The translations under genes and the position numbers were made by a program. The notes below the pieces were generated by a model. It had not been told where the DNA came from, did no database searches, and saw only the letters and a program-made list of their open reading frames with translations. A DNA stretch of 64,000 nt from Asterias rubens (lineage: Eukaryota). The DNA is taken from assembly GCF_902459465.1 (NCBI RefSeq), contig NC_047080.1, positions 10,354,001 through 10,418,000 of the forward strand. The letters run 5' to 3'. Positions 22,501-36,600 of this stretch are shown here, in pieces. Position 1 is the stretch's first letter, and every line of letters begins with the position of its first letter.

Positions 22501-25500
22501 AGGTATTTTTAATTTCATTTCATTTATTCTGGTGACCTGTATCTGATGTGCAATACTTTTTTTGTGGTAAAAAAAAAACAAACATTTGAACTGTCTCTAG
22601 CTATCGGGCAATCTCGGTTGTACAAATGGTTAGTTGGTGAGACGCTGCTCTAGAATTGCAAAGGTCGTGGGTTCGAATCCCACCTGAGTAATATGCCTGT
22701 GATTTGTTCACAGAGCTCGGGGTAAGTACCGAGTATACAGTGCTAACACACATCGGTGTTCATGGGTAAAACCAAAAGTTATTATTTTCTGTGCTTAGAA
22801 CGTTTTTGTGCTTTATGAAACGGGGCTGAGGGATAAACAGGCCTGTATGCTTCGTTTTTGAAAGGGCAAGGGCACCAAGGCATTTTCTCCTAGGTAAAGG
22901 GCACCCTACATGCCCTATGAGGAAATTGCAAATTTCTACTGGAGCAGGAGGCATGGAGGCAATCGCCCTCGTTTCCTCCGTGAAGTACCGTGCCTTGAAT
23001 AACTGAGTTGAATTTTCTCCTCTTTGATCGACAGTTCTCCACATCTCGTTGAGGTTCGTGAGAGAATCCGCATCAACGGCAAGCCCCTCGCTAAAGATGC
23101 CTTCAGTGAATACTTCTTCACCATCTTTGATCGATTGCAGGAGACGAAAGCTTCTCACGGGGGTGCGATGCCAGCTTACTTCCGGTTCCTAACGATCATG
23201 GCGTTCCACGTCTTCCTTAAGGAAAAGGTAAGGACTCCTGGTTATTTTTTCAGGGATGAGATTTTTATAAACTTTCATCTGAATTCAGACTTTTTAGAGT
23301 CTACCTGTGATAAAAATAAAAAGTTTTTATACAGCGCATATCATCTTGAGGTCCCTATATGCTATGAAAGGGGAAAATCAATGGCTGTACAAAGTAAATA
23401 GATATGTTTTCACGTATGTTTTGAATTGTTCTGGTGTTTCAACCTAAAACAACCTCTGGGAAGCTGTTCCATAATTGAACTGCTGCATGTTGGTTTTGAT
23501 AACTGGGGGAGTAAGAAGGGATTTTTTTGATGATCGCAGATTTCTAGCCATTTGATACTCCTGAACTAAGCTTTGAAGATAAATAGGGGCAATGCCATTG
23601 CCATGGATAGACTGCCAAGTAAGAACCAGTGCTGAGGATAATGTTCCCAAAAGCTCATGGGAATCTATAATTCCAGGGGCTAAAAAGGTGGAAATAAATA
23701 CAATTATTTCAATATACCTGCTAAGATCTGACTCACAGTTTCAGACTTTTTGTTGTTGTCAGAAATGACTCTCATCCCTTTGTTTTATATCTGGAGAAAA
23801 ATAAGAAAAGTGGAAGAGAAAAAAAAAAAATGTGTTGAAGGGTGGGAGAAAAGTTTCCAACAGATGGTGTTGAAATATAATGGCTTATCATTCTAGCACA
23901 TTGGACTCTTATGACGTCTGTCGATTAAAACTCCAATGAATTTTGTTTGTGTTTTTGATGTTAATTGTGTTCTGTAGGTTGATGTTGCTGTGATTGAAGT
24001 TGGTCTTGGGGGATCCTATGATTGTACAAATATTATCAGGTGAGGTTTTGGTTGTCATTTTTTAGGCATAATAATCAATATTTATGTTTACGCTAAAATC
24101 TTCAAAATTTAGGAGCAGAATTTGATTATTTTTTTTCTTTAGAGAGCTTTGTTCCAAACCAAGAGGCAATAATTATTTAATTTTCAGGATTTTTCATTTT
24201 CAACCAATCCCCGCGGCATGTTTTTTGCTTGCAGGAAACCAGTGGTTGTTGGCATTACATCACTGGGTCTGGACCACATGGCTATACTGGGTGACACCAT
24301 TGAGGAGATCGCGTGGCACAAAGCCGCCATTTCTAAGGTTTGTACCGTACAAAGTTTGAAAACTGATTTGGTTTGATGTGCAACTCAAAGGATTTGAATT
24401 CCTTAAAAGGAGTACAACCAGCTGCATGTAAGAACTCCGAGCTTAGGACGCTGTTGCTGGACCGGGATGCGCGGAAGACGACCATCAGAGTTTCCCGAGA
24501 AGGCGTCGGCTGAAGACATCCTCTCGCTCAACTGACTGACTGAAGAACTATCAATCTTGATACATGTATTAATTACAGTATGCGTTATGTGTAGTACAGT
24601 CGGTATACGACCTCAGAAGATACGAGACGCAGGTTTGAAAAACCTTGTATGGTTTTTCATCGAGGTTTGGATAATTCAAGGAAAACGGGCCAGTCCTGCA
24701 AACCTCGTATTAATGATAGGCGACTGTAATTATTTACAATTATCTCGTTTCTCAATTGATCTCGTTCAGCCTGGTAGACCAGCTTTTACAGTGGAACAGC
24801 AAGAAGGTGCGATGAACGTTGTCATGGATACTGCAAATAAGATTGGGGTAAGATAAAGATTCAATGTGTTTTGCGAACAAGTAATTTGCACCAGTATTCT
24901 CACTAGGTGTATCTCAACATATTCATAACGAAAAAAACAGGTGAAAATATGGGCACCATTGGTCAACAAAGTTCCAAGAAGATAATGAAAAAAAAAACAC
25001 CTACGTTGAATAGAATTATGTGTTATCACTCAGATACCTGAGAAAGGTTTCAGGAGATTCAAGGTTTTGGGTGAAAATTACCTCTTTCTTTAAAACTACA
25101 TTGCATCAAAGGGTGTCATTTCTATCAATGTTTTATAGTATCAACAGCTCTCAACTGCTCCTTTCCCAAGCAACTTGTCATGCTCATTAATTTATTTTTG
25201 GAGAAGTTACCGAAGGTACACCTCCATTTAAAAAAGCCTTCAGAATCTAATGCTTGCATTTGTTTACTTTTTCTTGAATCCCCCTATTAGGTGTCAAGCA
25301 TTCAGTGTATACCAGACATTAGTTGCTATGACTTCAGCGGTATAAAACTACGGTTGGGCCTGGCAGGGAGACATCAACTCACGAATGCCTCGCTTGCATT
25401 ACAGCTGTGTAAGACGTGGGTCCAGAACTATCAAGAGATTAATCCACAGCAATACAAAGGTAAACTATGTGCCCTTAACTTTCCTGGGGTGGATTTCAGT

Positions 25501-28500
25501 AAGAGTTGAGACTACTCTAATATAAAGTTCGGACGATTTTTATTCTAATTTAGGACTAGCCATAAGTTTTTAAATCAACCCCTGCTATATCAAAGCTTTG
25601 GGGCGTCATGTTTTAGTGCATTGGACTCGAGCTCTGGATGCTGAGTCATCAGGGTGTTGGTTCACAACCTGGGGCCAATTTCATGGAGCTGCTAAGCACA
25701 AAAATTTGCTTAGCATGAAATTTTACCCTTGATAAAAACAGGATTAACAACCAAATTTCCACGTCAATTTTAGGATAAGCAAACAACAGCTGAATACCAG
25801 TAACAAGCAATATGCAAAAAATGAAAACTTGGTTGGTAATCCTGTTTTTCTCAAGAAAGAAATTTCATGCTAAGCAAATTTTTGTGCTTAGCAGCTCTAT
25901 GAAATTGGCCCCTGGTCAGGACACTTAAGCCTTGAGCAGTTGACGCTTGCTATCGCTGGGTACTTTTTGTATTTACTATAGACCCCTTGCCGACGCACAG
26001 CGCACTCATACGCGCCTATCATGTCGGCCATTTTGGGAGCCAAAATATTGCACAAGAATTCCCAAATCGATGGAAATGGTAGAAGCGCATTGTTCAGAGG
26101 TGCGTTTCGCATTGTGTAAGAGTGTCTATAGAAGTTAATAGACCCCCTTGCATTTATGCACAAAGAACAGCCCCCATCCAATAATCTTCCTCCGTTTGGG
26201 CTGAGGGTTGGTGCTTTGTAAAAGTGTGACGTCAAATGCAAAGGGTGTTTAGTCCTCAGGGTTTCTTTAAAAATTGGAGTTCAATTACTGGTTATTTTTT
26301 CTTTAGATGGACCTGAGAGTCTAAGAACTGACGCCTTCTTACCCGCTGAAGCAGTTGGCGATCCAGAGTTAGAATCATCAGCAGCTAGGGTCGGCATGCC
26401 GGTGGCTGAAGGCTTCGTCGTTCCCTGCCACTTCATGAAAGGTTGGTCAGTTGATACCTTTTAATAGTTGAAAAAAAAAAAATTTCAGTATATGTATTTT
26501 TTGTGGTAAAACCATGTTTTTTTACTACTTGCTGGGTAGATTATGTTCTTTTGATAACTTGTCTTGCGTTTTATTCTACTGCCGTGGAGTAGATTTTTGG
26601 AATTTGGGAGACTTCTCAATTCTAAAAAGAACTGTCCTGCTTTTTACAATTTTCATATCTGTTAAAACTGGGCTGCATTCAACTTGTGCAAATTGGTTGC
26701 GACTGTTCGCAAAAACATTTGTGATCATTTGGAATGAGTGGTTGCACAAATTCTGATGTCAATATGGCACCGCTTTGTGAAATAATATCGTCGGCTTACT
26801 TTTCAGTAATCTTCTTGTTCTAAACACTAAAGATGTGCATTGTACACTCCGCTTATCAGGTCTTGAGGAATGCTACTGGCCAGGTCGCAATCAAGTGGTC
26901 AAAGGAGAGAATCTAACGTACTACATAGATGGGGCTCACACGCCACGCAGCATCACGGTGTGTCAGGAGTGGTTCATTAGCGCAGCTGATGAAGAAGCCT
27001 GGATACTAGACCGTCCAATCAAACGTATCCTCATCTTCAACTCGACCGGGAATCGGGATGAATATAGCTTGCTTAAACCACTCACAGTACGTCAATTATC
27101 ATAGGCTTGTTTAACTCTTTAGAGACCATAGTGGCCACAAGTGGCTTATCCCAAAATGCCCATCGGCTGCAAACGGCCACAAGGTTTGACCTTCTTCCAT
27201 TCACATAAATAGGTCAAAGTAAAGGTCATGTCCGGATATGAAATTTTCCAATGTAATATTGCATCCCAATTTCTAAACACAAAACTAACTTTCTGTTTTG
27301 ATATTATTTTTGGAGACATTTTTACTGAAAGAATTTGATCAAAAAATTAAACAATAAAAACCATTGTCGGGCCGTTTTGTGTTGATTATACAGAAATTAA
27401 TGGTCTCTAAAGTTATCGTCCAACTTGAGAAAAATGTCATCATGCTGAACAATATTTCACAACACTTAAATAACTACACCTCACACTATAATGCATCGTT
27501 TCTTAATGAGTTGTTAACCCATAGAAAACGATCCAACTGCACAACACAGTACTTAAGTTTACTGTGAAAATGAATATAGGCCTGATGCTTCATTTTTGAA
27601 AGGGCAAGGGGCACCAGAGCGTATTTTCCTCGATAAAGGGCACCTCTATGAGGAAAATTCTATTGGAGCACCAAGGCAATGATCAGAGGCAATTTCCTCC
27701 ATTGTGAAGCATCGGGCATGCACCGCATGAAATCAAATGGCTCAAATCTATCATTCAACAATGATAAAAAGTACATGAATTAAAGGCAGTGGACACATTT
27801 GGTAATTGTCAAAGACTAGCCTTCACAGTTGGTGTATCTCAACATATGCATAAAATAACTAACCTGTGAAAATTTGAGCTCAATCAGTTATCAAAGTTGC
27901 GAGATAATAATGAAAGAAGAAAACACCCTAGTCACACGAAGTTGTGTGCGTTTAGATGGTTGATTTTTAGTTCTAAACTTGAGGTCTCGAAATCAAATTC
28001 GTGGAAAACTACTTCTTTCTCGAAAACTACTCCACTTCAGAGGGAGCCGTTTCTCACAATGTTTTATACCACCAACCTCTCCCCATTACTCTTTACCAAG
28101 TGAGGTTTAATGCTAATAATTATTTTTGAGTAATTACCAATAGTGTGCACTTCCTTTAATCTCAGTGATTTTAGTTGACAGGATTCTTTTGTTTTTTCTT
28201 TCAAGGATTGCCAGTTTGACGGTGCCGCCTTTTGTCCAAACATCACTGGGGAAAGCGTGTCAGGGAACTCGGCAGGTCAGTACAAGAATTTCTGTCATGT
28301 TTTAATTTTGAGCTTGCTAATGCGTTTGTTCACAATGGTTAGTTGAATTTTTTGTTTCTTTTAATTTGAATTTTGTGTTTCCTATAATTTCAGTTTTCTT
28401 TTTCCTTTAATTTTAACTTTATCTTTCATTTTCCTTCAATAGTTTCTGCATGAAATAATAACATACCGTTGGTAATAACTTGAACAGTTCCAAAAATAAA

Positions 28501-31051
28501 GGTATACTTTGCCTTTAAAGGGAAGGTACACGTTTGGTAATTGTCAAAGACCAGTGTCCTCACTTGGTGTATCCCATCATAAGCATAAAATAACAAACCT
28601 GTGAAAATTTGAGCTCAATTGGTCATTGGAGTTGCGAGAAAATGATGAAAGAAAAAACACCCTTGTTGGACAAATTTGTGTGCTTTCCGACAGGAATAAA
28701 AGACTTCTAGCTGGAAGTCTTTTATTATTTTAGTGAGAAATTACCTCTTTCTGAAAAACTACGTTACTTCAGAGGGAGTCGTTTCCCACAATGTTTTATC
28801 TACCAACAGCTCCCCAATGCTCGTTACCAAGTCAGTTTTTAAGTTAATATTTGTTTTGAGTAATTACCAAACGTGTACCTTCCCTTTAATACAGTCAATC
28901 ATTACGGACAGACAATATCAACTGCTGCAATCATCAGCCGTACATTATCAACACAGAACCTGTGGTTGACAACTCCGTGTTGACGTGTTTTGATCTCCTT
29001 TAGGAAAAGCGTTAAAGTTGTTAACCACAAGTCCTTTTCAGAACCAACACGACTGAAAAGAGATTTTCACATGGCGCTACCGCAAACCTTACACCAGTTT
29101 TAGATGGGCGCGCCAGAGTCGCGCCGAATCAAATACATTAGTCGCAACTCAAATAGATTAGGTCAACCCAAATAAATTTTGGTTGCAGCCTTACATTTTA
29201 ACATTAACATTGGCTCGGCTCATGTCAAGATCGCTGCCGAAACCAAGGCGCTCCACAGTTGTTTCAAATGACTGCAACAGTTGATCTTTCGACTACTAGC
29301 ACGTCCAGTCACTCCCCCAACTGTTTTATTTTTTCGACGTCGAACTTCTCATGTACTTGTGTCTGAAATGGGTGTTACCTAACCATGAAAAGTGTCAAAT
29401 CCTACTTATTATAAACAAAGATAACAAACAAGACGAACCTTGGATGAATTATCATTCACAACAATCGTAAGAGCACTTGGTGCCGATGAAACTTTGGTGT
29501 TGATGAAACTTTTCCGCCATTTCGCCGATCACAGCAAAGAGTAAATCTTGGCTTTATTTTCCCAGACTCACTTACAGATGATTCTGGCAAAGCTCCTGGG
29601 GGTGCCATGGGCAATAATGATGGCAAGAAAAAAGGTGATTATAACTTTTACCGACAAAAGGAACTTCAGAAAACCATTCATTTGTTATCATTTTTAGAAA
29701 TGATCGTTACAAGGAAACTAAATACCATACTAACATGACTAACCCTTGTGCCCATTTCACCCTTTAGAGTGGACCTGACCAGTTAGTTCCTTAGGGCACT
29801 AGACACTATTGGTAATTACTCAAAATAATTGTTGGCATAAAAAAGAGCATTGGAGAGCTGTTGATAGTATAACACATTGGAGAAACGGCTCCCTCTGAAG
29901 TAGCGTAGTTTTGGAGAAAGGGGTAATTTCTCACTCAATTGTTAAAAGACATCAGGCTTGAAGTCTTTTATTGGGCATCTGAAAGCACACAGATTTGTGC
30001 AGCAAGGGTGTTTTTTCTTTCACTGTTCTCTTGCAACTTCGATGACCAAAATGAGTCAAAATTTTCACAGAGTTTGTTGTTTTATGCATACATATGTTGG
30101 GCTACAACAAGGGAGAATACTGGTCTTTTACAAAGGTGTCCGATGCCTTTAATATATTATTACAACGCTTGATGAAAAATATAAAACTTACTGTTTGCTG
30201 GTCAGTTATTTGGACACCAGTTTTATTTTGTTTTTTATACAAGAGGTTCCGGTAAGTATGAACTGCTTTTATCATTGCATCGTTGTTTGTCTTGTTCCCC
30301 GTGTTCAGTTGCAATAATTATGAACAATTCTCTCAATTTATAAGGTGCCAGACTATTTTTTCCTTCCAGCCTCAGTTTGGTTCCATTGGTTTAAATGGAA
30401 GAAAAACAAAATGGCTGCTCTAAGAAAGTGTTGTTTCTCTCACAAAAACTAACTACATCATAAACTACATTGTGCGATAACAAAAGAGAAATACAAAATG
30501 AATAAATCTAGTACTAAAAGTATTGAAATATACATAATAATTGTTGGCTTTGGGTTTAAATTTCAGACCAGACAACTTTCAACACCACCAACGAGAAGCA
30601 ACTGGCTCGATGCAAATGCAACCTCATCGCCTTCGAAAACCTCGTCGAAGAAGAAGCTCAGTCCGACTTACTGTTGACCATCCAAGACGTGGCCAAGTAT
30701 CCGTCCCGAGAATGGCATAGTCGACAGTCGCGCCACCGAGCCACGTCATCTATCTGTAAATCAACTCCCTCAAATGATGCAAGGAGACTGCAGTCTGTAC
30801 CACAGAACATGTATCAAACGGACTCAGTGAAGGTACCAAAGGCTGCCACCAAAGTTTTAGATAGCATCTCTGACGCCCTACATTGGGCTGCAACATGGGC
30901 AGACCAAGAACTAACCCCTGAGGAACCCTCCTTGAATGGTGGTAAGAAGCAGAAGCCTCATGTACAGGTGTTAATCACTGGGAGCCTACATTTGGTCGGC
31001 GGGGTGATCAAGGTGCTGGATCCAGAGTTGGTGAACAGACCGGGAAGTTGA
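19594..31051 (+). CDS. FPGS: Folylpolyglutamate synthase; complete, 12 exons, about 647 aa from the first in-frame ATG
   Basis: Exons: 19594-19764, 21371-21502, 22384-22502, 23035-23227, 23978-24039, 24235-24337, 24770-24847, 25291-25459, 26307-26441, 26860-27086, 28206-28275, 30567-31051 (1944 nt, phases consistent). Motifs: [13 protein letters not shown], the P-loop [90 protein letters not shown]-terminal [17 protein letters not shown]. The exact start codon is uncertain because exon 1 has five in-frame ATGs. Confidence 0.96.
22615..22790 (+). mobile_element. Short tRNA-derived SINE (second head type)
   Basis: TAGTTGGTGAGACGCTGCTCTAGAATTGCAAAGGTCGTGGGTTCGAATCCCACC followed by the body GTACCGAGTATACAGTGCTAACACAC...GGGTAAAACCAAAA. 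Minus-strand copies at about 17125-17270 and 32250-32400; a fragment at about 2295-2365. Confidence 0.7.
23455..23610 (-). mobile_element. L2/CR1 LINE 3' remnant
   Basis: Translates to [32 protein letters not shown], typical of the L2/CR1 ORF2 C-terminus. Similar remnants at about 32525-32640, 33380-33530 (LSVKERVTFKVL...GIAPGYLS) and 59860-60045 (PRSLRSS...WNLLPSHLRHATTL). Confidence 0.7.
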
Positions 31052-33684
31052 ATGAACTCCAATCGCTCCGTTGGGAAAGGTCTTTCAATAATTGTAGAGT
31101 ACAAGTGAAGTTTGTATGTGTTCCAAAAATGTCCAGCAACGGCAAATTTGGCCATGTTCATTTCAACAACAAATAAGGTTGTAGTCAAGGTTATGTTCTG
31201 AATTTACAATTCCTTCATGCTTAATTTACATTGTACAGCTAAACCAAGACAACTCTTCTCTCAAAAAGAAGTCCACCAACACTGTGGGGACACTGTGTGG
31301 ACTTAGACAACTCCACACAGTGTTTTTAGTGTTGAAGATTTTGCGCAAGTGTACAGGACAACGAAACGCCAAAAGAGTGTATGCAACACAAAGCTGTGTT
31401 TGCATGCATGCTTGTCAATGTTGTACACAAAGTACACAACTCACTCAACATGTACACCTTCATATGTATGTACATGCATAATGTATACTTAAGGTTCCAG
31501 TACATAGCTTACATGTCTATTTATAAAAAGCGTACATAATTTTCTGTATAATACATTCTGATTATCTGCATCTGCAGTCTCTGTACAAACACATGATAAG
31601 TCTTGCGTCAAATAAGGGTGTAACTGCAACACAACTTTAGAAAGCATTAGATGTTATAAAGCGCCGTGTCTATAACTTGGTCGTTTTCAATGGAGTTTTG
31701 AAAGCAAACATTCCAAAAACAAAATCAAAATTTTGCAGCAAACTTAAGCAGTTTTCTTACCTCGCTCCATAGTACATGATGTAGAACACTTGAAGCATTG
31801 ATGGACGTTGGTTATAAACATCTCGGCAATCAGTCATGCTGGCCGTGTCATGCTGGTTGTCTCGCCCAAACCCTGGCTTGGGCTTGGACCACATCTGTGG
31901 CACAATCGGCTTTTCCAAAGTCCAGTACCGAAGAAGTACACTTTCAAAAATGCTGTTGGAGCTGCTCATACCAGTAACCTCATGTGATATCACATGTTTA
32001 CAAAAAAATAAAACAGAGCCTGGACTTCCTGCAAGCACGATTTGTACAGAGCTCAATGGTTCACATACAATCTGATATTTAATTGAGATTGCACTGTATG
32101 ATTTTTTTGGGGATAATCTTTTGATATTAAGAAAGGGGCCACATCTCAAAACTTTGTCAGCTATTAGTTTTACATATCTTGAATTTCGGTGGAAATTTTG
32201 AAACAAAATGTAAGATTTCAAATGTACCAGTGTAAAATGTATAGTTGGTTTCTACCCTTACAGGTACATCCATCGATGAGTATTTAAGCACTGTATACTT
32301 TCCCAGGTTCTCGGAAAAAATACTACAGGCTAATCACTTGGATGGGATTCGAACCCACAACCTTTGCGTTGCTAGAGTAGATGTCTTACCACTAGACCAT
32401 TAATTAACCATTCTTATATAGCGCATAACACATAGAAATCAAACATGTCCCTAAGCGCTCTTGAGAAAAACAGAACAGAATACAAAGACAAGATGTACTG
32501 GGTAACAAACAAAATGGATGAATTAAATGTTAAATAAGTGCGTCTTTAAAGCAATCTTAAACGACCATTGAGCTAGCTCAGTGGCTAGAGGCAATTCCGA
32601 GAGTCCTATGTGTTAGTAATGGGTACCAAACCGATTTAACAGATCTATGTTGTCGGGAATACAAAATATAATTTAATTTTTCTGATGCATTTCCTTGCAC
32701 AATCTGAACTTTCCAAAGTTCTGTGAAACAAAAATCCACAGGCAAATCACTCGGACCAGTGGGGGTATATTGGTGTAATAAATTTAATTTTTGTCAAACT
32801 TCAATGAATTGAATGGTTACACACTGTATGTACATAAGTAAATATTGTTATAATGAATTGCCAATTTATTTTGTAATTAAAAAGTAAGGTTGAAAAATAT
32901 TGCTGTGTTTTTGTAAAATAGTTTGCCATATGCAGGATATCAACCTCTAACCCTCGCAGGTACCCATTACCCCTGGGTAGCAATTATAGTAAAGCATCTT
33001 GCTCAAGGACACAAGTGCCATGACCGGGATTCAAACCTACCCACCAATGACTTAACCACCAGAACTTGAATTCGATGCTCGTAAACACTCAGCCATGATT
33101 CTTCAACATAACAGAACATTTACGAAGCACATTTATAAATTCAACAAGATCAAAGTGCTGTAAAGTGTGCAAACCAATGGAACTACAACATACTACATTT
33201 TATACTAATAAAATCTAAGAGATTTCTTGAAAATTGGCAAAGAGTTACAATTTTGTGAGCAGATGAGAGTGTTCTGATGGTTGAGTGTTCGGTTAGGCGT
33301 GTGTTGTCGGAAGCTGACCCAGGCTTGAGCTTGGCGGTTGGTAGAGAGCAAGGCAAGATGATAAGTAGCCCGGTGCTATTCCTATGAGACATTTAAACAC
33401 AGTAACTAAAACTTTGAAAGTTACCCTCTCTTTGACCGAAAGCCAAAGTAACTGCTGCAGGCTGGGTGTCGTTTCGTCATATTTCATAGCACTGCAAAGT
33501 GAAAACGAAAAGCTAATTGGTCCTGCTGGCTCACTTTGCTGGCTAGTCACAAATAAAGTTCAGGGCGAACCATGTATTGTTCATGAATCGTCCACTTCAA
33601 GAAGCCTTCAGTTTGACAGCTCAATAACAATAATATTACTTGATTAAACAATAAATATCAATATTTTATGTATAATAGTGACGG

Positions 33685-36600
33685 TCATCCCATCCGATCA
33701 CCGTATTTTGTCGTCTTCATTGGAACCTCATCTGTTGCTTGTGAGGGTGTTTTACTCAGAGCGTGTGGATTTGAGTCTCTGATTTGTAGCGAGTCGTGGT
33801 GATGCGCTGTATTCACCCACAATTTCTGACACTGTTTACTTGCGATAGATGCCACGGCATACGACGAAACAATAGCGCCACCTGCAATGAAAGCACAAAG
33901 AGACCGTTTATGGTTGAAAGATTGTCCCTTCAATAGAACCCACCTCAAAGAAGAAGAAATTGAAATCGAAATGAAGAAACAATTTCCTCTAAAGCATCCC
34001 TGTAAAATATTTTCAGGAACTTTCAAATCAATCCAATCTCATCCTAGACTTGTGGACAAGTCGTTAATGGTCTGTCGCTGTGATAGTCAAGTCGTGGTGG
34101 TGGATTATGTTTCAGGTTTCTGCGATAGAATACTGCTCTCACGCGAAACTGATGGCTGCTAACTGTAGAGTTGTTATACCGCCCTCTATTGACTGTAGTT
34201 GTTAAGTCTATAAGTTGGAATCCAAGATGTCTGACCAATAATAAACGTATCATTATGAATCAGTCTAATCTACATGTCTTAGTGTCTCAGTGGTTAAAGC
34301 CTAAACACCATGGGGGTCAGCAGTGTCGTGAGAATTCCGTCAGTGTTGCGGGAATCGGGAGAGTGGGAATGCTATCACCGCGACAGACATTTAACGACTT
34401 GTCCACACGTCTAATCTCATCCCTGGAATACTGTAGTGTACTTACCAGCAATGAAGACTACATTGTAGACTGCCGGAAATTTTTGATATTTTTGTCTGAT
34501 TGCAAACCATGCAGTAAAGCCACCAGCTCCTCCTATGAATAAACAAAGAAAAAATACCTTGTGTAAAGTATTGTAACTCATACACAATGTGCCCAAACGT
34601 GGTCAGTGGTAGGTAGTAGTCCTTTCTCTATGGCCCTTTTTCGAAACGACAGCTTTGGCTTTGGATTCATCTTCAGGCTAGCTTGGCCCGTGGTTGTTTT
34701 GACAGTTGTGCGTGCTGTGCGTACTCACACTCGGTGCTTCAGACGAGAGGACGGAGCCTGAAGCTGAATCTAAAGAGGAAGACGTGGTTTCGAAAAGGGC
34801 CAAATGGGCTTAGCAATGAGCTTTGGGCATGTTTTAACATTCTTTGTTTTGTGAAAATCAAAACTGTTTTATGTCTGATTGATTCTGAATGTTGGAGACC
34901 ATTCCAGACCTTCCCTGCTGCCAATCATTCAAACTACTCTATTCCCCGGGGGTTGCCCTTTGGGAATTAGGGCTGGCCTTTTCACACTACATGTATGATA
35001 GCTTTACCCCCGGTTTATCCCCCAGTCTGCCCCGGCAAATGGGTATCCATCTCTGGAATAGGGGCAAGCGGTAAAACCTTGGGGTATTCTTGAAATGGAA
35101 CACCATTGCCCAAGTAAACACAAGGACCTTTATTCTTAAACTGAAAAAAAAAACTATAAAGAATAAGATGGACATGTGGATAAATTCCTAAAGAATGTCG
35201 GGGGGCTCTACATAAGCTTATCTAAGCTGTCTGCCCCAGTAACCAGAACCACCGTCTCCTCCCCAGTTGTGTGATGGCGTCGGTGGATTCAAGTAAGTTC
35301 AAGTAAGTATGTAAACAAAGGCAAAGGTGACACCAGAGGGCACTATACAAGCTACTTGCACAAGAAATAGGGACCTAGGCGGGGACAGTGTGTAAACGCG
35401 CTAGGGTAACCGCGGGAAAAGACCCTTCTTAAGACTCCCCATGGCTGCATTCACCGAAGATAAGAGAGGCAGTGTGATTAAGCTTACACTGTGTGTACCG
35501 GTACATACCTGCAAAGAATGCAAACATTCCCTTGATGAATGCCTTGGACTGGCACTGTCCATACTCATGTATTCCCTACAGAGAAAAAGACAAAAATTAA
35601 TGAGATATTTTACATTAAAAATGAAACAATTGCAGGCATGGAATGTCATCGTAGATAGGGCAAGGCCCATTGTTATTTCTTAGACTTAGAGGGCACTTAA
35701 ATATTTCTTAAATATTTTATAGCTAAACCAAAAGTAGTAAATAGCACTAGCAAAATTATGCTTACCAGAAAAAGGTTTAAACCAGCCGAACCACTTGTAG
35801 GTCACACATAGTACCGTCTTGTCTGTGATTCATATCCTGTTTATTTTGGCTTAGCAGAAATTGTTTAGCAATATTTTCTGCCTAAGCTTAGCAGCTAGCT
35901 CTATATGGAATTGAACCCTGCTGATATGAGCATCTGATGCAATTGGACTTTTGGCGAAGCAGCCTCGGTACAGGAACCAAAACTTTTATTACACTGTAAG
36001 TGTAATTTTTTTACAATTTTAGAGGGGCATAGAATTTGAATAAAAATAGTATTGACTCAGTCTTATAATCACCATTTTAAACGCAAACAAAATGTAAAAC
36101 AAACATAACACTTGCTCAATACATCTTTACATGTAATGTTCTTAAATAACAAATTAACTTTATATGTTTGAAAAAATGTAATACCGGTAGTATAGTAAGC
36201 ATGCCATTCAATGGCAATAGATCAGAAAATTACAATAATTTATACATTATGGAGTAGGTCTAGGCCTATATAAATTGATTGATTACATTAATAGGAAATA
36301 TTTCTAATTCTACCAACTACCAATTATAATCCAGCCTTTTTTAGTTTTATCATTGGACGATGAAAAGAGAGCCATCACTAACACTGGGCTGGGCCATGGC
36401 TACTTCTAAGTTCTATACAAGGGCCAAGGCTAGCCTTAATATTATAGTTTCTAGAAGTGGGCCATGGCTATTCTTATCAAAAGGGATAACTTTCCGTAAG
36501 GCGCCACCACTTTTTCACTCATTTTTACAAAAAGGGATATATCAATCAGGTAAATAAGTTCCTATATTATTTTATATCGAATGAAAAAGTGGTGGCGCCA

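Noticed and set aside
22384-22520. U12-type (minor) intron in FPGS (donor gtattttt)
   Set aside because: It does not match the GTATCCTT consensus. All introns found look like ordinary GT-AG introns.
22630-22690. Amber-suppressor-like tRNA (loop TCTAGAA)
   Set aside because: It is the head of a dispersed SINE with divergent copies and no proper acceptor stem. SINE heads do not keep meaningful anticodons.
31757-32221. 154-aa minus-strand ORF between FPGS and TMEM141
   Set aside because: No recognisable motif or splice context. It probably lies in 3' UTR or intergenic DNA.
34630-34680. Third hammerhead candidate (CTGAAGATG...TTCGAAA on the minus strand)
   Set aside because: There is no proper stem II, no ACGU stem III and no NUH site. 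It is explained as the terminal inverted repeat of a MITE.
34683-34775. Possible TMEM141 exon after the acceptor-like ttcctctttag
   Set aside because: It lies inside a small inverted-repeat element (about 34630-34803) and would stop before the conserved exons 3 and 4.
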